Shown here in pieces: positions 42,248 through 47,864 of a DNA stretch of 47,864 bases. Source of the stretch: a virus (Duplodnaviria; Heunggongvirae; Uroviricota; Caudoviricetes); IMG/VR virus record IMGVR_UViG_3300025073_000001; one strand, given 5' to 3'. The position numbers and the translations under genes are program-made. How positions within the stretch are numbered: the first letter of the stretch is position 1; every line of letters starts with the position of its first letter. Below the pieces are notes generated by a model. The model was not told the origin of the DNA, did no database searches, and was given only the letters and a program-made list of their open reading frames with translations.

Positions 42248-43447
42248 TCAAAAATGATTTAAACCTAAAAGCAAAGGTAACAATACCTTTACATAAATTT
42301 TTAACGGACTATACCGAAGTTGATTCTGTAAATTTTCAGCAACGACGGCCTTTCTCTCTAATTGTGCCTGAAATGACATTGATTCTAAGGTATCTTTTAA
42401 TTCTTGAATAAGTGCGTCTTGACGTTCCTTTCCAGCAGCAACCAAATCCGTTCCATTTAATGTTACTTCTCCGTCAGGAATCGGAATTGCTGAATATTTG
42501 CTGCGAACGTAACCTAACATTTCTTGGGCGATTCCGAAAGCAAACTTCCTGATCCATTGCTTACCCATTTCATTGATGAACTTGTAAGTTATGTTTTGAT
42601 ACGGAATATTTGAAATATCAGAAATCTTACCGCCACCAGAATCATCTGTTAAAAATCCTGCTGCTTCTTTATCTAACGTATAATGGAACCAGAGCGTTAA
42701 AGTTTCACCTGGAATAGGGAAAATCCTCAATCTGTTACCTGTCAATTGAAATGAATAACCTGATTTTCTAATCTGATCATTGAATTCAACTGCCTGAACC
42801 CGCAATAAATCGTGATAAACCGGCATCAGCATATATTGTCCGGCTGAACCCATTCCTCCCCATGAAAATTCTTCCATCACTCCCTGTGTCCCGATTCCTA
42901 AACTTGGATCCATTATTCTCAGAACCGCTGGAGAAGTATTGTGGAATATTTTTCTTATCGTGAATTCATCAGTTGCAAAGGAACCTGTTTCAATTGAAAC
43001 ATCTCTAGTTAAATCATAAACTTGCTTGTTTGCAGTTAAAGTGATTGAACCCGTGTAATAAGTTTGTGTTCCACCTGAACCTGCTTCAACTCCATAAGCC
43101 TTCGCGAGTTTAAAAATACCCTTCAAGGTTTGTGGAATGTATTTTTGAGATAAATTTGCTGAACCTGTACTTTGTCCCGCTAAATTTAAAAGATTGTCCC
43201 TTGCTTGGAACGTGTTTAATTGAGCACCATATTCATTGACTGATTCTTCAAACGCAGAATAAAAATTCATCTCCTGAAGTTCTACGTCGATCATTGGGAA
43301 TCCAAGCTTCAAGCCTGCAAATTTAGCAAACGATTCCGCGTCTTCCTGGAAATCATGATCATCGTCATAAAAACCAAAAGGAGTGAAGGTCAAAGGGAAG
43401 AAACTTCCTGAACCTTGCCAAATATCTATGTTAGGTGAATAGGGCAT
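42248..43447 (-). CDS. neck / head-tail adaptor protein (T4 gp13-like)
   Basis: TPFGFYD, LGFP..DVEL, A.EE.V.EY, WIR.F.....EMLG.VR.KY..IP.P...VTLNG. Confidence 0.8.
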   Translation of the reverse strand: MPYSPNIDIWQGSGSFFPLTFTPFGFYDDDHDFQEDAESFAKFAGLKLGFPMIDVELQEMNFYSAFEESVNEYGAQLNTFQARDNLLNLAGQSTGSANLSQKYIPQTLKGIFKLAKAYGVEAGSGGTQTYYTGSITLTANKQVYDLTRDVSIETGSFATDEFTIRKIFHNTSPAVLRIMDPSLGIGTQGVMEEFSWGGMGSAGQYMLMPVYHDLLRVQAVEFNDQIRKSGYSFQLTGNRLRIFPIPGETLTLWFHYTLDKEAAGFLTDDSGGGKISDISNIPYQNITYKFINEMGKQWIRKFAFGIAQEMLGYVRSKYSAIPIPDGEVTLNGTDLVAAGKERQDALIQELKDTLESMSFQAQLERKAVVAENLQNQLRYSPLKIYVKVLLPLLLGLNHF

Positions 43448-43474
43448 ATCTTAATTATTCCATTTCATTGCACT

Positions 43475-43490
43475 TGTAAATATCCAAATT
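43475..43490 (-). promoter_or_regulatory. putative late promoter AATTTGGATATTTACA
   Basis: Recurring motif upstream of neck gene. Confidence 0.5.
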
Positions 43491-43501
43491 TTTTAAATTC
43501 A

Positions 43502-44134
43502 TTATTTTTCGCCCTTAGGTGCTTTTAACGTAAAGCGATCTAAAATATCGACATATTTATTAGCATTTTTATCAATGTAAAAATCAATGTCTTCATTCGT
43601 AGTTTTAGACGTTGGAAACTTTTGCAGACGAATGATAGTTCCGAGAAATTCAGCTTTTAACTTCGCACCTCCATCAAGACTATACCTAAGCTCTCCAACA
43701 TTGGTAACACTGAAAATGATGTTTTGAGATTTTCCTTCACTCTTAATCGTCCATCCTGACGTAAGAAATGGACTGATAAATCTTGCTTGTAATGTATCTA
43801 GAGGAGAAGCATTAGTCAATTCCTTAGCAGCATTTCCTTCTCTAATTATTTCGGTGATCCGATGATTATTTTTAGAAACTACTCTTGCAATCTCAGCCAT
43901 TTGTTCGGATTGTCGCTCGAAATCAGCGACTTTTTTGTTTATGACATCCGATAGAGCCCCAATCCGAACTCCGGAAATATTAAAATCTCCCGATGGATAG
44001 ACAACATCCCTGACTTCATAGTAAACGCTGCCTTTCAATAGTAAATAACTACTATCTCTGGCCGAAACTGTTGTCTGTGATGAAACCTGAAGACAGATTG
44101 CAAACGTGAATAAGAAAAGAAATATTTTTTTCAT
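43502..44134 (-). CDS. hypothetical protein with Sec signal peptide
   Basis: MKKIFLFLFTFAICLQVSS|Q. Confidence 0.65.
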   Translation of the reverse strand: MKKIFLFLFTFAICLQVSSQTTVSARDSSYLLLKGSVYYEVRDVVYPSGDFNISGVRIGALSDVINKKVADFERQSEQMAEIARVVSKNNHRITEIIREGNAAKELTNASPLDTLQARFISPFLTSGWTIKSEGKSQNIIFSVTNVGELRYSLDGGAKLKAEFLGTIIRLQKFPTSKTTNEDIDFYIDKNANKYVDILDRFTLKAPKGEK

Positions 44135-44151
44135 TGTTGTATCCTTTATTT

Positions 44152-46698
44152 TTAATTGTTTGAACGTTGCGTCTCAAACCATGAGGTTCCATCAAATACA
44201 AGTGTAAGCACATCGCCTGCGGTTGAGGTGAATGCCGACGACAAGTTAACTGTATTGGCGGCTCCGCTTCCATCGTCGGTAATGGTTACGAGGCCATCCA
44301 CGAAAATTAGTGTGAGTATTTGCCCGCTCTGTCCGCCTGTGATCGTGGCCAGGGTATTTCCCCCCGCGTCTCCAGTTACGGTGGTGACGTTGCGCGTAAT
44401 TGCCAGCGTGGTGGCTGCCGCTGCGAGTGTTGCGTTGTTGCGGGTGCTTGCGAGGGTTCCTGTTATTTTTGCGTTCCCGGTGACTTCAAGTTTTTCAGAT
44501 ACAGGGGTAGCGCCAATGCCTACGCTTCCCGCAAAGTAGGAGGGGGTTGTTCCGGCTGTGTAGACGGCATACTTATTCGTGCCTTTGGTCAATCCCTCAA
44601 CATAAAGGCCGTACTGGTTTGTCACAGTGCCGCCACCCCCAAGTTCATCACCTGCGTAGAAGTCATAGCCGCTTGTTACGTTTCCTTGCGACCATATTTC
44701 ACCTTTTATAGCAATTGCGCTCGCAACTGTTCCGCCAGATCGGCTTGCGCCTGCCCGGCCAGAAAACCCTATCGTGTTTGATACGGTTTCAGCGGCGTCA
44801 TCATTAAATGCGGTGTATGACGCCCCCGTAATTCCACCTGTTCCGCTGATACCACCAGCCGAAGAACTAGAGTAGGTAATTGCGCCGTTAAGCCCTACTA
44901 TTGTCCTATTGCTAACTGCGCTTGAGATATTAACGATCGTTGAATTTCTCACTCCATAGGTGCTCGTGCCGAATATTGTCGTTCCGGTGAACGTACTCTC
45001 AAATAGATTGCCGATCACATTGGCATAACTTACGTCCTTAGATTGACTTGTATGAAGCAGCGATGTAGGCGCAGTGATTCCTATACCGGCATTGCCATTG
45101 TCCAGCACATTGAGCGCATCCGTGCCTGCGCTGTTTTCTACAAGAAGGGCGGTTGTGGAAGATGTTGCTCCCGACCCTTTCACCTGAAGCCTTGCGGTCG
45201 GGGCCGTTTCTCCTATGCCAGCATTCCCCGTACTCAAAATGGTCATTACTCTTGAAAGCGTACCCTCCCGGATTAAATTAAACCCCAGCGTCGCATCCTC
45301 CGTAGCATCCACCGCATCGCTCCAAGTCACTTCCTGCGTTGCCGCTACCCGGTTCGTACCGCTCCCGTTTTCAAGTTCCCATTTCTTTCCAATGCCAAAA
45401 TTTGTTGTTGCCGTGCCTGATGTTGTATGAGTACTCTGCTCTGTGTATGTAACCGCGTTTGTTACTGCATCGTCCTGTTCAACGTGGAATTTAAAATCGG
45501 GGGTGGTGGCGCCTATGCCAGTAAATCCAGTAGTAACATTATGTGTAAATGTACCTAAATCTAAGTTTGAGCTACTCCCGATAGAGAAATTCTCACTTTG
45601 ATTTATGCCCGCATATAAACTGCCATCTGGATTTTTGTACTGAATTGCTGAGTTCTGTGAAGCTCCGGTTCTTTCAAATAATAATCCGATAGCAGAAGTA
45701 GACGTAACGTGCGCTGGTGCTTGTGGTGAACTGGTTCCTACACCGATCCGCCCGTTTGTTGTATTAATATCAAAAACAGTTGTACCAGCAGCATTTGTAA
45801 AGTTAAATGCCGCCGTGGAGTTTACAAGAGGCTTTAAAACAAAAGAATTTGCAGCCCCAACCGTAAAAGTAACCGCGTTTGATGCATCATAACTAAGTCT
45901 TAATTGCTCTGTGGTTTTCAAAACGCCTAATCCGGCTGATGTCGTTGTTGTGCCTATTGCCACATTATCGGTAGTTGCTGTCAGGTATGTTGTTGCCCCG
46001 CCGTCTGTCCATTTTGACGCTGATGCTGCCGGAATATCCGCCGCCGTCAAAGCCGACATCGATGGCGTTCCCCCCGCGTCTCCGCTCCGAAAAACAAGGT
46101 TTGCGGCTTGTGCGGCCCATGTTGCGGACAAGGTGCCAGATGTGGTTACAGGTGTTCCGTCTTCGGTAAATTCGGCTGGAAGGTCTAGTCCAACGCTCGT
46201 GACGCCTGTGTTTGAAACCGTAGCTACTCCAGCAACCGTACTTACGTCAATACCCGTTCCCGCGCTTACCCCCACAATAGGCAATGTCACGCCCGTACCA
46301 CCCGAAATATCAAGGGCCTGATCGGTAAGTGATAGGTTTTGTGCGTCTGTATCGGGAGGATTTAAATGATACCAAACTCCTGATCTGTATCGATAAAGTG
46401 AATCACAGTCATTTAAAACGACCTCACTCTGCCATTTTGTAGGAGTATAAGCAGGCGGAACACATCCAAGAATTTCATCTATGGTTTTACCAATTTCAAC
46501 CCAAGTTGTTCCAATTTTCCACAGATAAAATGTTTGATCAGTAGTATCAAGAACTATTCGACAACCTTTTGAACCAGGATTGAACGTTGGTGGTGCATTA
46601 GTGATGCACCAAGGTGGAGCCCATAAATTATTTTGAGATGAAGCAGATGTTGAAATTGAAATTAATGCAAATATAAAGAATAGTTTTTTCAGATTCAT
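44152..46698 (-). CDS. fibre/adhesin-like repeat protein with Sec signal peptide
   Basis: MNLKKLFFIFALISISTSASS|Q; six G-x-x-G-I-G...P...L-x-V repeats; Thr/Gly/Ala-rich; ends DGTSWFE. Confidence 0.7.
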   Translation of the reverse strand: MNLKKLFFIFALISISTSASSQNNLWAPPWCITNAPPTFNPGSKGCRIVLDTTDQTFYLWKIGTTWVEIGKTIDEILGCVPPAYTPTKWQSEVVLNDCDSLYRYRSGVWYHLNPPDTDAQNLSLTDQALDISGGTGVTLPIVGVSAGTGIDVSTVAGVATVSNTGVTSVGLDLPAEFTEDGTPVTTSGTLSATWAAQAANLVFRSGDAGGTPSMSALTAADIPAASASKWTDGGATTYLTATTDNVAIGTTTTSAGLGVLKTTEQLRLSYDASNAVTFTVGAANSFVLKPLVNSTAAFNFTNAAGTTVFDINTTNGRIGVGTSSPQAPAHVTSTSAIGLLFERTGASQNSAIQYKNPDGSLYAGINQSENFSIGSSSNLDLGTFTHNVTTGFTGIGATTPDFKFHVEQDDAVTNAVTYTEQSTHTTSGTATTNFGIGKKWELENGSGTNRVAATQEVTWSDAVDATEDATLGFNLIREGTLSRVMTILSTGNAGIGETAPTARLQVKGSGATSSTTALLVENSAGTDALNVLDNGNAGIGITAPTSLLHTSQSKDVSYANVIGNLFESTFTGTTIFGTSTYGVRNSTIVNISSAVSNRTIVGLNGAITYSSSSAGGISGTGGITGASYTAFNDDAAETVSNTIGFSGRAGASRSGGTVASAIAIKGEIWSQGNVTSGYDFYAGDELGGGGTVTNQYGLYVEGLTKGTNKYAVYTAGTTPSYFAGSVGIGATPVSEKLEVTGNAKITGTLASTRNNATLAAAATTLAITRNVTTVTGDAGGNTLATITGGQSGQILTLIFVDGLVTITDDGSGAANTVNLSSAFTSTAGDVLTLVFDGTSWFETQRSNN

Positions 46699-47042
46699 TA
46701 CTTTTTTTCCTCTGCTTGTGACTGCTTAGGGATTAACTCTGTCCGCTCCATTTCTTTAATAATTATCATCGATTTTGTCTTGAGAAAGTCGGCCTGTTGA
46801 ATCATTTGATTTACAAACAGAATCAATTTGTCTCTTTTATCGAAAAATATTGATGAATTTGTGATAATTGGCCGGGGACTACTTTGATTTGTTCTAGTAA
46901 TTATTTCGTTCAGAAATATCGAATCTGAACTGAAAACTTCCAATGAATAAGTCACGGTTTGACGAGTAGAATCAGATTGTTGTGCATTTGTACTGCTTGC
47001 GAATAAAATTAACAATGTGAATAATGTGAGTATTTTTTTCAT
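46698..47042 (-). CDS. hypothetical protein with Sec signal peptide
   Basis: MKKILTLFTLLILFASSTNA|QQ. Confidence 0.65.
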   Translation of the reverse strand: MKKILTLFTLLILFASSTNAQQSDSTRQTVTYSLEVFSSDSIFLNEIITRTNQSSPRPIITNSSIFFDKRDKLILFVNQMIQQADFLKTKSMIIIKEMERTELIPKQSQAEEKK

Positions 47043-47048
47043 TTTTTG

Positions 47049-47387
47049 TTATGGTGTATAAGTGATCATTTTTGTTCCTTGTTGTCCTTCCATGCTTCCT
47101 GATTGGTATAAATATTCCTTTCCAACTCCTAATGCATTGAAGGCTTCTTCATTTGTCAAATATGAATTTAATGCTGCATTATATTCGTTCATTAATACCG
47201 TGAATTGTGCAATTGTTGTTACTCCAGGCGTTCCTTGTTCTCCACGTGATCCTTGACTTCCAGGTTCATAGATTTGAACTATTTGGTTAGTTAAATCACC
47301 ATGAACGACTGTCTTGGTTCCCTCTGAATCAAACACGTTCAGGTAAACGGTATCACCATTTGAATTATAATATTTTCCTTGACTCAT
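47049..47387 (-). CDS. hypothetical protein with a short collagen-like stretch
   Basis: GSQGSRGEQGTPG; late-like motif GATAATTATA at 47417-47426. Confidence 0.55.
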   Translation of the reverse strand: MSQGKYYNSNGDTVYLNVFDSEGTKTVVHGDLTNQIVQIYEPGSQGSRGEQGTPGVTTIAQFTVLMNEYNAALNSYLTNEEAFNALGVGKEYLYQSGSMEGQQGTKMITYTP

Positions 47388-47449
47388 TCATAATTTCCTA
47401 ATCTAAAACTTCCCGTTATAATTATCTAACCATTGATAATTTCTGTGTT

Positions 47450-47863
47450 TTATCTGGTCGTCCAATTTGTTCCATCAAAGAAACATGGTGTGACGACTGC
47501 TCCGCCACCGACTGCTGTTGCGCCATAGGTTGGTGCTAAGGCATCAGTGACGTAAACCATATCTCCAATGACTCCTGCTGGAAGCGTTGCAACGGTGTAT
47601 CCTTGTAGGCGAACTGTTGCGGTAGAAATAAGGTTTGATGCTGTTAACGGCGCGTCTGCGCTATCGTCTGCGAGCCTTGCTATTAAGCCCGTTCCGCTTC
47701 TTTTGATGGATGGGAAGGATGACGTTGTGCCGCCGAATTGAAGGCGGTCGAAATCTGTTGCCGCATTATTAAATAATGTGATAACTCCATTAGAAGGAGC
47801 CCCTAGAGTTGACCTTGACGACCACCTAAATCTTGAGGTTGACACTGCAAATACATCGCCTCC
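47450..47863 (-). CDS. 3' part of a fibre-like protein; start lies outside the window
   Basis: Frame open to window edge (GGDVFAVSTSR...); YTVATLP...G...YVTD...FDGTNW fibre-tip pattern. Confidence 0.65.
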   Translation of the reverse strand, partial: GGDVFAVSTSRFRWSSRSTLGAPSNGVITLFNNAATDFDRLQFGGTTSSFPSIKRSGTGLIARLADDSADAPLTASNLISTATVRLQGYTVATLPAGVIGDMVYVTDALAPTYGATAVGGGAVVTPCFFDGTNWTTR

Positions 47864-47864
47864 T

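Noticed and set aside
18044-43447. Bacterial contractile injection system (multiple tube genes, LysM wedge)
   Set aside because: Linked to head-tail neck genes, a long tape measure and a full phage replication module.
44156-46321. Plus-strand ORFs over the fibre gene
   Set aside because: Expected from higher GC and fewer stop codons; antisense to a coherent gene.
1-47864. Stop-codon reassignment; tRNA or rRNA genes
   Set aside because: Genes tile densely under the standard code with TAA, TAG and TGA all used as stops; no cloverleaf or rRNA-like segment recognised in the short intergenic gaps.

Overview
AT-rich segment of a large T4-like (contractile-tailed) phage genome, almost entirely encoded on the minus strand. 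The host is probably Bacteroidota, inferred from TTTG-N20-TAnnTTTR promoters and Sec signal peptides followed by Gln. About 1-17.3 kb holds nucleotide-metabolism and replication genes: intein-containing QueE, dUTPase, a class II ribonucleotide reductase fractured into two genes by a split intein with a free-standing endonuclease between them, DnaB-like helicase, 5'-3' exonuclease, DEDDh exonuclease, RecA/UvsX, gp32-like SSB, and a compact family-A DNA polymerase broken in two by an unrelated ORF. About 17.5-47.9 kb is the virion module: baseplate, tape measure, a chaperone pair with a probable frameshift, three tail-tube paralogs, sheath, neck proteins, fibre-like proteins and two GIY-YIG endonucleases. 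Three plus-strand islands interrupt this module. Each starts with a copy of a ~92-bp back-to-back promoter cassette (putative late promoter facing left, host-type promoter facing right). Other notable patterns: (i) about 10 small ORFs share an N-terminal K/R-x-x-L-x-E leader resembling a capsid-targeting propeptide; (ii) late genes carry AGGA Shine-Dalgarno-like motifs while island genes do not; (iii) three adjacent genes, one a fibre-like protein, carry Sec signal peptides. All calls come from motif recognition by eye; no searches were run.
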